Shown one piece after another: positions 1 through 6,581 of a DNA stretch of 11,322 bases. The position numbers and the translations under genes were made by a program. Position 1 is the stretch's first letter; each line of letters begins with the position of its first letter. Source of the stretch: Nitrososphaerota archaeon. Its GTDB lineage: Archaea > Thermoproteota > Nitrososphaeria > Nitrososphaerales > UBA57. The stretch lies in the NCBI GenBank assembly GCA_013306035.1, contig JABUBF010000004.1:46603-57924 (forward strand), in the 5' to 3' direction. Below the pieces are notes generated by a model. That model was not told where the DNA came from. It saw only the letters and a list, made by a program, of their open reading frames with translations, and searched no databases.

Positions 1-1
1 A

Positions 2-322
2 TTGGAATTTTGTACAGCATGTGGTGGTAGAATTTTACCGAAGATAGATGCTGAAGGAAAAAGAATTTCTGCATGTGTTGAATGTGGTAAAGAAATGGAT
101 ACTGATATTAAATCTGTACAACAACTCGATGAGAATAATAAAATTACAATTAAAGATGAAAAAAATGATATTCAATCATTACCAATTGAGAAAGAACCAT
201 GTTCAAAATGTGGTAATGAAGAAGCTTATTCATGGCAGAGACAAACCAGAAGTGGAGACGAACCTGCTACTAGATTCTACCGTTGTGTTAAATGTGAACA
301 CACATGGAGAGAATATTCTTAA
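2..322 (+). CDS. tfs: Transcription factor S (TFS; TFIIS / RNA polymerase subunit M-type zinc-ribbon protein), 106 aa, apparent TTG start at 2
   Basis: N-terminal C4 zinc ribbon (CTACGG...CVECG). C-terminal TFIIS-type zinc ribbon (CSKCGN...CVKCEH) with the acidic-loop motif QTRSGDEPATRFYRC. Length is typical of archaeal TFS. The MEFC N-terminus matches the usual family start, so the TTG at 2-4 is probably the real start even though the window begins at 1. Confidence 0.85.
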   Translation: MEFCTACGGRILPKIDAEGKRISACVECGKEMDTDIKSVQQLDENNKITIKDEKNDIQSLPIEKEPCSKCGNEEAYSWQRQTRSGDEPATRFYRCVKCEHTWREYS

Positions 323-325
323 TAA

Positions 326-333
326 CTTATAGA
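326..333 (+). promoter_or_regulatory. TATA-like box (CTTATAGA) for the PCNA gene
   Basis: A/T-rich TATA-like element centred about 25 nt upstream of ATG 355, the canonical archaeal TATA-to-start distance for a leaderless or very short-leader mRNA. An AAGTGA Shine-Dalgarno (SD)-like element (344-349) also sits 5 nt before ATG 355. Confidence 0.35.
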
Positions 334-354
334 TACAAATATTAAGTGAATGCT

Positions 355-1113
355 ATGAGTTTTGTTGCAAAAACCAAATCACCTGCCGAATGGAAATTGA
401 TAATGAATGTAGTTTCCACTATAGTTGAAGAACCTAGTTTTGAAGCAAATGCGGAAGGGATACAATTTAGAGGAATGGATCCATCACATGTTGCTATGAT
501 TGATTTAAATTGGCCAAATGCATCATTTGAAAAATACGAATGTGACAAAGAATTCAAGTTGACTTTGAGAATTGAGGAATTGTCTAAATTGATAAAGAGA
601 GCAAAACAAAATAATAGTATATCTATATCTGCAGAAGATGACGAATATTTAATTGTTAAATTAGAGAATGGTCGTAAAAGAGAGTTTCAAATTCGTTTAA
701 TTGAGAGTTCTCAGAGCCCACAACAAGTACCAAAATTAGCATTAGATTCTAAGATTGTAATAGATAAAGGAGTTTTTGAAGATACATTAAATGACGTAGG
801 AGCAGTAGCAGATCATATTACCATTGAAACTAATAATGACGAAATAAAGTTCATTGGAAATGGAGACGCAGGAAAGGCAGAAATTACATTAAATAAATCA
901 GACGAGGGAGTATCCGAAATAAGTTCAAAAGTAGAAAGTAAGGCAACTTATAGCTTACAGTATTTGTTAAGTATTCTAAAAGCAATAGGAACCACAGCTG
1001 AAACAATTAGCATTGAATATTCTAATAAAATGCCATTTAAAATTGAATTTAGATTGGGTGAAGTAGGCGGATACATTAATTTTTATCTTGCACCAAGAAT
1101 TGACGATAGATAA
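355..1113 (+). CDS. pcn: DNA polymerase sliding clamp PCNA (252 aa from ATG 355; the ORF track opens at an in-frame GTG at 346)
   Basis: Translation (FVAKTKSPAEWKLIMNVVSTIVEEPSFEANAEGIQFRGMDPSHVAMIDL...) has the length and N-terminal pattern of archaeal PCNA. It lies next to tfs. ATG 355 is preferred over GTG 346 because of TATA and SD spacing. Confidence 0.9.
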   Translation: MSFVAKTKSPAEWKLIMNVVSTIVEEPSFEANAEGIQFRGMDPSHVAMIDLNWPNASFEKYECDKEFKLTLRIEELSKLIKRAKQNNSISISAEDDEYLIVKLENGRKREFQIRLIESSQSPQQVPKLALDSKIVIDKGVFEDTLNDVGAVADHITIETNNDEIKFIGNGDAGKAEITLNKSDEGVSEISSKVESKATYSLQYLLSILKAIGTTAETISIEYSNKMPFKIEFRLGEVGGYINFYLAPRIDDR

Positions 1114-1118
1114 TAGAC

Positions 1119-1145
1119 TTTTATATCGGAAAAATTTTTATAAAT
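1119..1145 (+). promoter_or_regulatory. Two TATA-like boxes (TTTTATAT 1119-1126; TTTTTATAAAT 1135-1145) upstream of the QueT-family gene
   Basis: These are the only strong TATA-like elements in the PCNA-QueT spacer. The first predicts a transcription start near 1147-1150, the second near 1164-1167. Either start leaves a 40-58 nt untranslated leader before ATG 1207. Confidence 0.35.
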
Positions 1146-1148
1146 TAA

Positions 1149-1206
1149 GCGGGTGAATGGGACATCTCGTCCGTTCCGCTATAGAAACCCCGGTAAGAGA
1201 TGTAAA
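1149..1206 (+). promoter_or_regulatory. GC-rich structured 5' leader, a candidate cis-regulatory RNA or riboswitch-like element, upstream of the QueT-family gene
   Basis: 30 of 54 nt are G+C in 1149-1202, against very AT-rich flanks. Nested helices are possible: GCGG/CCGC and GGAC/GUCC. The hairpin loop CAUCUC (1163-1168) is complementary to GAGAUG (1197-1202), the SD-like element 4 nt before ATG 1207. See finding. Confidence 0.3.
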
Positions 1207-1702
1207 AATGGATTCAAAACAAATAGCATTAATATCAATATTTGCAGCATTGTATGCAATTGGAGTAGTTTTTTTAGCTCCTTTTAGTTATGGACTAGTT
1301 CAAGTAAGAATTGCCGATGCACTATTACCACTTTCCATTGTGTTTGGAATGCCAGCAGTAATTGGTTTGTCGTTAGGTACATTTATAGCAAATATATTAA
1401 ATCCAACAGGAAATCTAGGACCTATTGATATTTTTGGAGGCACTGTCACGAATTTTATTGCAACATTTGTAGCATGGAAGATATGTGGAAGTAACAAAGT
1501 GCCGTTTATAGTCGGTATTGGTTGTCAGATTGTTATTGTTTCTGTGATTGTAGGAACATATCTTTCATATTTACTTGGATCTACTCTGATCGTGGGAATA
1601 GGTTATTTGTTTATAGGAACTTTTCTTGCAGTTGGAATACTTGGATCAGCATTAGTTGTAATAATAAAAAATCGTGTAGAGGCAATTGGAATTAAAAGCT
1701 AA
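1207..1702 (+). CDS. queT: QueT-family (queuosine-precursor ECF-type S component, COG4708-like) integral membrane protein, 165 aa from ATG 1207 (the ORF track opens at ATG 1157)
   Basis: Multi-TM protein with QueT-like motifs: AALYAIGVVFLAPFSYGLVQVRIADALLPL and GTFIANILNP...IDIFGGTVTNF. MDSKQIALISIF is a typical family N-terminus directly preceding TM1. An AAGAGATG SD-like element lies 4 nt upstream of 1207. Confidence 0.7.
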
Positions 1703-2553
1703 ATAATTTGAAGCGAAAAATTAATAGATTTACTTGAATGGGTAAGTGCACCCATCGATATAATATCTACGCCAGTTGATGCGTAATTTTGGAGATTAGA
1801 CATAGTAATACCGCCAGAAGCTTCAGTGAGTGGGATTTTTTGTGAAATTGATTTTATTTTATTCATAAATTTTAGAATATCTTCAGGTTGCATATTATCA
1901 AGTAATATAATATCAATATCGAGATTAATTGCTTTCATAGCAGATTCCAAAGAGTCAACTTCAAGTTCAATTTTTTTACTTGAACCAATCTGATTTCGAA
2001 CTGAGCTAATACTTTTTTGTAGATTATTAATTAATTTAGAATGATTATCTTTAATGAGAATCATTTCATTGAGATCGTATCTATGTGGAAGGCCTCCGCC
2101 AACTATAACAGAATATTTTTCGTATTTTCGAAGTCCAGGTAGTGTTTTTCTAGTAGCAGAAATATTTGTATGTGGGCTAATTTGTTTCGTAATTTTTACT
2201 GCATTATTAGTACTAGTGGCAATACCACTCATATGTCCAAGAAGATTTAATGAAACGCGTTCAGATAATAAAATTGATTTTGACAATCCATTTAATTTTA
2301 CTATTTGAGAATTATCACTGAAGGAATTTCCGTCCTGAAATAACCAATTGGATTCAATATTAAAGTGATTAAATATTTGGGTTATTTCACTACGTCCAGA
2401 AAGAATTCCAGGTTCACGACTAAGAATTTCGGCGTTAGAGATTGATGTTGCATCTATGAATAAATCAGAGGTTATATCTCCATTAGATATATCTTCGTTG
2501 AGAAATCGTTCTATTTCTGAATCCAAGGTATCCTCTATTACAAAAGTACACAC
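1699..2553 (-). CDS. nadC: Nicotinate-nucleotide pyrophosphorylase [carboxylating] (quinolinate phosphoribosyltransferase), 284 aa, GTG start
   Basis: Family pattern EDISNGDITSD near the N-terminus, plus ATRKTLPGLR, GGGLPHRYDLNEMILIKDNH and a C-terminal GVDIISMGALTHS. Divergent from nadA. Confidence 0.9.
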   Translation of the reverse strand: MCTFVIEDTLDSEIERFLNEDISNGDITSDLFIDATSISNAEILSREPGILSGRSEITQIFNHFNIESNWLFQDGNSFSDNSQIVKLNGLSKSILLSERVSLNLLGHMSGIATSTNNAVKITKQISPHTNISATRKTLPGLRKYEKYSVIVGGGLPHRYDLNEMILIKDNHSKLINNLQKSISSVRNQIGSSKKIELEVDSLESAMKAINLDIDIILLDNMQPEDILKFMNKIKSISQKIPLTEASGGITMSNLQNYASTGVDIISMGALTHSSKSINFSLQII

Positions 2554-2605
2554 AAAATATAAAACAAGCGAATCATTGCTTCATATTGGTATAAATAAAA
2601 GGTGA

Positions 2606-3571
2606 ATGATTATAACACAAATAAATACATCAGAAATTAATTTTCGAGAGGCAATTAATGAGTTAAGGGAAGAAAAGAATGCTCTGATTTTATCGCACAA
2701 TTATCAGATACCAGAGATACAGGACTTGGCGGATGTAGTTGGAGATTCGCTTAATCTCTCATTACAAGCTTTAAAGTCGGACAAAGATTTGATTGTATTT
2801 TGTGGTGTGAATTTCATGGCTGAAACGGCTTCGATTTTAGCTCCTAACAAGAAAGTAGTAATTCCTGATTTAAAGGCAGGTTGCTCATTGGCAGACACAA
2901 TTAATGTTCAACAATTACATGAATGGAAAGATAAACACCCAAACGCGGTAGTCGTTTCATACATAAATACTTCTGCGGCGATTAAAGCAGAAAGCGATTA
3001 TTGTTGTACGTCATCAAATGCAGTGAAAGTGGTTAAAGAAATTCCTCAGAACAAAGAGATTTTATTTTTACCAGATTTATTTCTTGGTGCATATATTGAG
3101 AATATGACGGGAAGGAAAATGCATATTTGGCCAGGTGAATGTCATGTACATGCAAAACTGACAGCAAATGAGATTAATACAATGAAGAATGATCTTCCAG
3201 ATGCCGATTTTCTTGTTCATCCAGAATGTGGTTGTGTTTCTAACATACTGTATGAATTATCTGAAGGAAACATAAAAAATGACAATACAAAAATATTATC
3301 AACAGATGGAATGATAAAATATGCAAATCAATCTAATGCGAAGGAATTTGTAGTAGCAACAGAAACAGGAATTTTGCATCAATTACAGAAACAAAATCCA
3401 GAGAAAAAATTTCATCCTGTTAAAGATGATGCAGTATGTGAATATATGAAGATGATTACACTGGAGAAATTATACAGATCTATAAATGAAGAAATTTATG
3501 AAGTAAAAGTTCCTGAAGAAATTGCAAAAAGAGCGATCAAACCAATAACTAGGATGATAAACACAATATAA
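2606..3571 (+). CDS. nadA: Quinolinate synthase NadA, 321 aa
   Basis: NALILSHNYQIPEIQDLADVVGDSLNLS and VFCGVNFMAETA are typical NadA N-terminal motifs. Conserved Cys residues are present for the Fe-S cluster. Paired divergently with nadC. Confidence 0.9.
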   Translation: MIITQINTSEINFREAINELREEKNALILSHNYQIPEIQDLADVVGDSLNLSLQALKSDKDLIVFCGVNFMAETASILAPNKKVVIPDLKAGCSLADTINVQQLHEWKDKHPNAVVVSYINTSAAIKAESDYCCTSSNAVKVVKEIPQNKEILFLPDLFLGAYIENMTGRKMHIWPGECHVHAKLTANEINTMKNDLPDADFLVHPECGCVSNILYELSEGNIKNDNTKILSTDGMIKYANQSNAKEFVVATETGILHQLQKQNPEKKFHPVKDDAVCEYMKMITLEKLYRSINEEIYEVKVPEEIAKRAIKPITRMINTI

Positions 3572-3595
3572 TCGTGTTAGTATTGGTGAGATAAT

Positions 3596-4606
3596 TTGTC
3601 AAAAGTACGAAAAGACTATTTTTCTGAGAGTTTTGTTTTATTTACTAATGAGAAGCTTGATAAAATCAAGAAGTTAAAGAAAGTTGTAAAAAAGAAAGAC
3701 TGTCCATATTGTCCTGGAAACGAACACATAACTGGCCCTGCAGATTTGATATTAATTTCAAAGGAAGGTGCATTAGCAAAATTAGCAGATGAGGATGAGA
3801 GTTTTGTAAAGGATTGGACGGTAAGGGTGTTTTTAAACAAAGACGCGATTGTTAGTCCTGATGAGGAGAGAATATTTAGTGATTATCCACAGTACAGTGA
3901 ACCAGCAATAGGATATCATTATGTTGTAGTGTTGAGTCAGAAACATACAATTGATTTATCGGAAATAGATAGTGAACAATGGACAAATATTCTAACTACA
4001 GTACAGGACAAGTCACGTTGGTTGTATTCGAAAAAACATGTTTCATATGTAGCAGTGTATATGAACCATGGAGTGGAAGCAGGTGCAGAGATTGAACATC
4101 CGCATTTACAAATTGTAAGTTTACCTACTGTTCCGCCGGTAATTGAAGTTGAAGCAGAATTTATGAAGAAAGCACTAGGAGAGAAAGGCATTTGTCCTAT
4201 GTGCGTGATAGTAAAAGAGGAAGAATCTAGTAAACGTATTATAGGGAAAACGGAGAATTTTGTTATGTTTGCGCCTTGGGCGTCTAAACACCCTTATGAA
4301 TATTGGATATTTCCACGTCGGCATGATGTTAGTTTTGTAAAATTTACTCAGAAAGGAATATCGGATCTATCAGAAGTAATTCATAAAAGCATAGAATCGT
4401 TGACTAAAACTTTAGGAATAGTTGCATTTAATTTAGTTATACATTCTTCACCAGAAAAGAAAACATCGAAACAGATTCATTGGCATATTGAGATTTATCC
4501 GAGAATAGAAACAAAGACTGGGTTAGAAATATCTTCCAATATTCAAGTGAATAAAATTTTACCTGAAGAAGCTGCAAAAAAATTAGCAAAGAATTTTCAG
4601 AAATAG
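3596..4606 (+). CDS. Galactose-1-phosphate uridylyltransferase-like nucleotidyl transferase/phosphorylase (GalT branch of the HIT superfamily), 336 aa, TTG start
   Basis: Zn-site motif CPYCPGNEH, active-site HxHxQ motif (HPHLQIV) and second half-domain HWHIEIYPR. GGTGAG SD-like element (3585-3590) lies 5 nt before TTG 3596. There is no in-frame ATG before the conserved CPYC. Confidence 0.8.
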   Translation: MSKVRKDYFSESFVLFTNEKLDKIKKLKKVVKKKDCPYCPGNEHITGPADLILISKEGALAKLADEDESFVKDWTVRVFLNKDAIVSPDEERIFSDYPQYSEPAIGYHYVVVLSQKHTIDLSEIDSEQWTNILTTVQDKSRWLYSKKHVSYVAVYMNHGVEAGAEIEHPHLQIVSLPTVPPVIEVEAEFMKKALGEKGICPMCVIVKEEESSKRIIGKTENFVMFAPWASKHPYEYWIFPRRHDVSFVKFTQKGISDLSEVIHKSIESLTKTLGIVAFNLVIHSSPEKKTSKQIHWHIEIYPRIETKTGLEISSNIQVNKILPEEAAKKLAKNFQK

Positions 4607-4610
4607 TTTA

Positions 4611-5030
4611 TCAGTTTCCAATCATTTGAAAAACAATTTGTCTATCTCTGCCCTCAATATTGCATTCAAGAAATATAACATGTTGCCATTGGCCGAGAAG
4701 TAATTTTTGATCTTTGAACGGAACAGTAATACTAGAGCCTATCAATGAAGCTTTTACATGTGATCGTCCGTTTCCGTCATGCCAGGTATTTTCATGTTCA
4801 TAGAAAATATCATCAGGGGCAATTCTTTTTAGCATTGCGGGAAAGTCTTTCTCTAAGCCGGGTTCATATTCAATTGTTGTAATAGCACCTGTAGAATGTC
4901 GAGTAAATATAGTCACTATACCTGTTTCAAGTCCAGAAGATTTAATTTCTGAGTTTATATTGTCAGATAAATCAATCATCTGATTCTCATGTTTTGTTTT
5001 AATTGTAATCTCTTTGGTGATTATATTCAT
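4611..5030 (-). CDS. YjbQ/UPF0047 family protein (annotated in databases as secondary thiamine-phosphate synthase enzyme), 139 aa
   Basis: Family-typical motifs: IFTRHSTGAITTIEYEPGLEKDFPAMLKRIAP, HDGNGRSHVKASLIGSS and LLLGQWQHVIFLE. Confidence 0.8.
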   Translation of the reverse strand: MNIITKEITIKTKHENQMIDLSDNINSEIKSSGLETGIVTIFTRHSTGAITTIEYEPGLEKDFPAMLKRIAPDDIFYEHENTWHDGNGRSHVKASLIGSSITVPFKDQKLLLGQWQHVIFLECNIEGRDRQIVFQMIGN

Positions 5031-5045
5031 TATTATTTAGATAAT

Positions 5046-5990
5046 TTATCCTACTGTAATAACTTTGCTTTGAGTTAGGGAGAGCGGATTTTTATCTGCG
5101 AGATTATCAACTGCGACTACTTCAATTTTAAATTGTCCGGCATAGGTAGGAGTCCAGCTATTGCCAAGTGTTGCCGATTTTCCTGCGTCGACTTGTATAT
5201 TAAATACAAAGATTTCAGTAATAAATTCGCCAGTATCGGCATCTGTGATAGTAGCAAGCCAAGAAGTGGTTATTCGTTCATCAGAAATATTTGTGATTTC
5301 TGTCTCAATAGTAATAGATTCGCCAATTGGAGTTGGATCAAGAATAGGAATTAATGAGGTACCGTATACTAATATTATTTCACCCAATGCGATTTTTTCA
5401 TCTATTGCTGCTGCAGGTTCAGGATCTGGTGCAGGGTCTGCTGCTGCAGGTTCAGGATCCATTGGCATAGCAGGGTTAGCTGGTGGGCTTTCTACGGTTA
5501 ATAATTCATTTATTCTTTCGTTTGCATTTGTAAGATCTGCTTGAATATCTATGAGTTCATTCTGTAAATCTTCAATGGTTTTTTCATAAGTATTAAATTT
5601 ATTTGTACTTTTTAGAAGTTCTCTGTTAATTTCGTCGAGATTGTTCTGTGTTTTGGCAAGTAAATCTTTAGTTTCATCAAAACTAGTCAATCTGCCTTTA
5701 AGAATAAGAATTTCGGAATTTGCTTGATCGAGATTAGTTTGTAATTTACTTAATTTGTCATTATTTGATTTATCGATAGGAATTTCAATAGGAACAGGCT
5801 CTGAGTTATCTGTAAATAATTGTGCGGCGCCATATCCAAGTGCTATGCCGATCAGCAAACCAACAACGGCAAAAACAATCTTCGGAGATATTGTGCTAGA
5901 CTCGTCGGTGTTCTGTGTACTATTTAAAGTGTTTTCTTCATTTTCAGGTGCTCTTTCGTAAGTAGAGGGATCATATCCCATTATTATCAA
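5046..5990 (-). CDS. Hypothetical single-pass membrane protein: short N-terminal tail, one TM helix, long coiled-coil stalk, Pro/Ala-rich linker, C-terminal beta-rich CARDB/Ig-like domain (TTG 5990 or, more likely, ATG 5981)
   Basis: TM segment IVFAVVGLLIGIALGYGAAQLF. Heptad-like region from LSKLQTNLDQANSEILILK to TNANERINELL. Linker PPANPAMPMDPEPAAADPAPDPEPAAA. The C-terminal ITIETEITNISD...VDAGKSATLGNSWTPTYAGQFKIEVVAVDN resembles CARDB-type domains. Its stop codon lies 15 nt upstream of the yjbQ-like start on the same strand. Confidence 0.7.
   Translation of the reverse strand: MIIMGYDPSTYERAPENEENTLNSTQNTDESSTISPKIVFAVVGLLIGIALGYGAAQLFTDNSEPVPIEIPIDKSNNDKLSKLQTNLDQANSEILILKGRLTSFDETKDLLAKTQNNLDEINRELLKSTNKFNTYEKTIEDLQNELIDIQADLTNANERINELLTVESPPANPAMPMDPEPAAADPAPDPEPAAAIDEKIALGEIILVYGTSLIPILDPTPIGESITIETEITNISDERITTSWLATITDADTGEFITEIFVFNIQVDAGKSATLGNSWTPTYAGQFKIEVVAVDNLADKNPLSLTQSKVITVG
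5407..5459. repeat. Perfect 20-nt direct repeat (gctgctgcaggttcaggatc at 5407-5426 and 5440-5459, period 33 nt) inside the Pro/Ala linker coding region
   Basis: Read directly from the sequence. On the coding (minus) strand it encodes the duplicated DPEPAAA peptide. It forms a local GC-rich island in an AT-rich gene. Confidence 0.9.
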
Positions 5991-6098
5991 TTATATCGCC
6001 GTATTACTTCTTTTATATTTTTGTATAGTTCTAAATTTAATTGAAAATATTTCGAATAAATTATATGATGGAAATACGAGAAAATAACAAGTGATAAT

Positions 6099-6569
6099 TT
6101 GGAAAAAGCGGTTTTTGGAGCAGGTTGTTTTTGGCATATTCAAGACAGGTTTAACAAAGTAAAAGGTGTATTGTCGACCTCGGTAGGTTATTCTGGAGGA
6201 GATACTAATAGCCCGAGTTATGAACAAGTATGTACCGGTAACACAGGCCATGCAGAAGTAGTTGAAATAGATTATGATCAGAAGGTTGTAACATATTCAG
6301 AGTTATTGAGTGTGTTTTGGGCGTGTCACGATCCAACTACAAAAGATAGGCAAGGTCCTGATATCGGCCATCAATATCGTTCTGTTATATATTATTTTAA
6401 TGACGAACAAGAAAATTTAGCAAGAGATTCAATGATTAAGATGGGTAAATCAGGAAAGTTTCATGATTCAATAGTAACTGAGGTGCAGCCCATAAAAGAA
6501 TATTATAAAGCAGAAGACCATCATCAGAATTATTTTAAAAAAAAGGGATCCATATTTGGGTTAATATGA
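6099..6569 (+). CDS. msrA: Peptide-methionine (S)-S-oxide reductase MsrA, 156 aa, TTG start
   Basis: Catalytic GCFW motif at the N-terminus (AVFGAGCFWHIQ), plus VGYSGG, TGHAEVVEIDYD and GHQYRS. GTGAT SD-like element (6091-6095) lies 3 nt before TTG 6099. Confidence 0.9.
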   Translation: MEKAVFGAGCFWHIQDRFNKVKGVLSTSVGYSGGDTNSPSYEQVCTGNTGHAEVVEIDYDQKVVTYSELLSVFWACHDPTTKDRQGPDIGHQYRSVIYYFNDEQENLARDSMIKMGKSGKFHDSIVTEVQPIKEYYKAEDHHQNYFKKKGSIFGLI

Positions 6570-6581
6570 GCGTGTAGTAAA

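Noticed and set aside
48-332. 94-aa ORF overlapping the TFS gene in another plus-strand frame
   Set aside because: It lies almost entirely within the well-supported TFS reading frame (only its last 10 nt extend beyond the tfs stop). It is Lys/Asn/Leu-rich low-complexity translation typical of off-frame AT-rich DNA, with no recognisable motif.
1157-1206. ATG 1157 as the true start of the QueT-family protein, giving a 17-aa N-terminal extension MGHLVRSAIETPVRDVK
   Set aside because: The extension is absent from the usual QueT architecture, which starts just before TM1. It uses C/G-ending codons atypical for this window. ATG 1157 is too close to one TATA box and too far from the other. ATG 1207 has an SD-like AAGAGATG at proper spacing. 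It is not fully excluded and is listed as the refuting alternative for the leader hypothesis.
342-4191. Other antisense or off-frame ORFs from the track (342-557 minus, 1300-1497 minus, 2054-2308 plus, 2704-2898 minus, 3616-3840 minus, 3937-4191 minus; also 6698-6916 minus)
   Set aside because: Each overlaps almost entirely a gene with clear family motifs on the other strand (342-557 also runs a few nt into the tfs-PCNA spacer). None has recognisable domains or expression signals.
5161-5544. 127-aa plus-strand ORF (also 5133-5354 and 5755-5961) antisense to the membrane/coiled-coil protein gene
   Set aside because: These are shadow ORFs of the minus-strand gene. The Gly/Ser/Ala run is just the reverse complement of the Pro/Ala linker. 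There are no start context, promoter or motifs.
5991-6251. 86-aa minus-strand ORF spanning the msrA promoter and msrA N-terminus
   Set aside because: It overlaps the strongly supported msrA gene antisense and runs through the A/T-rich divergent promoter region. Composition and lack of motifs indicate a spurious ORF.
6567-6569. msrA TGA as a recoded (selenocysteine or readthrough) codon producing an MsrA-LLM fusion
   Set aside because: MsrA ends at a normal family length. No SECIS-like hairpin is evident nearby, and the two domains are not a known fusion. It is kept only as the least likely alternative within the start-codon finding.
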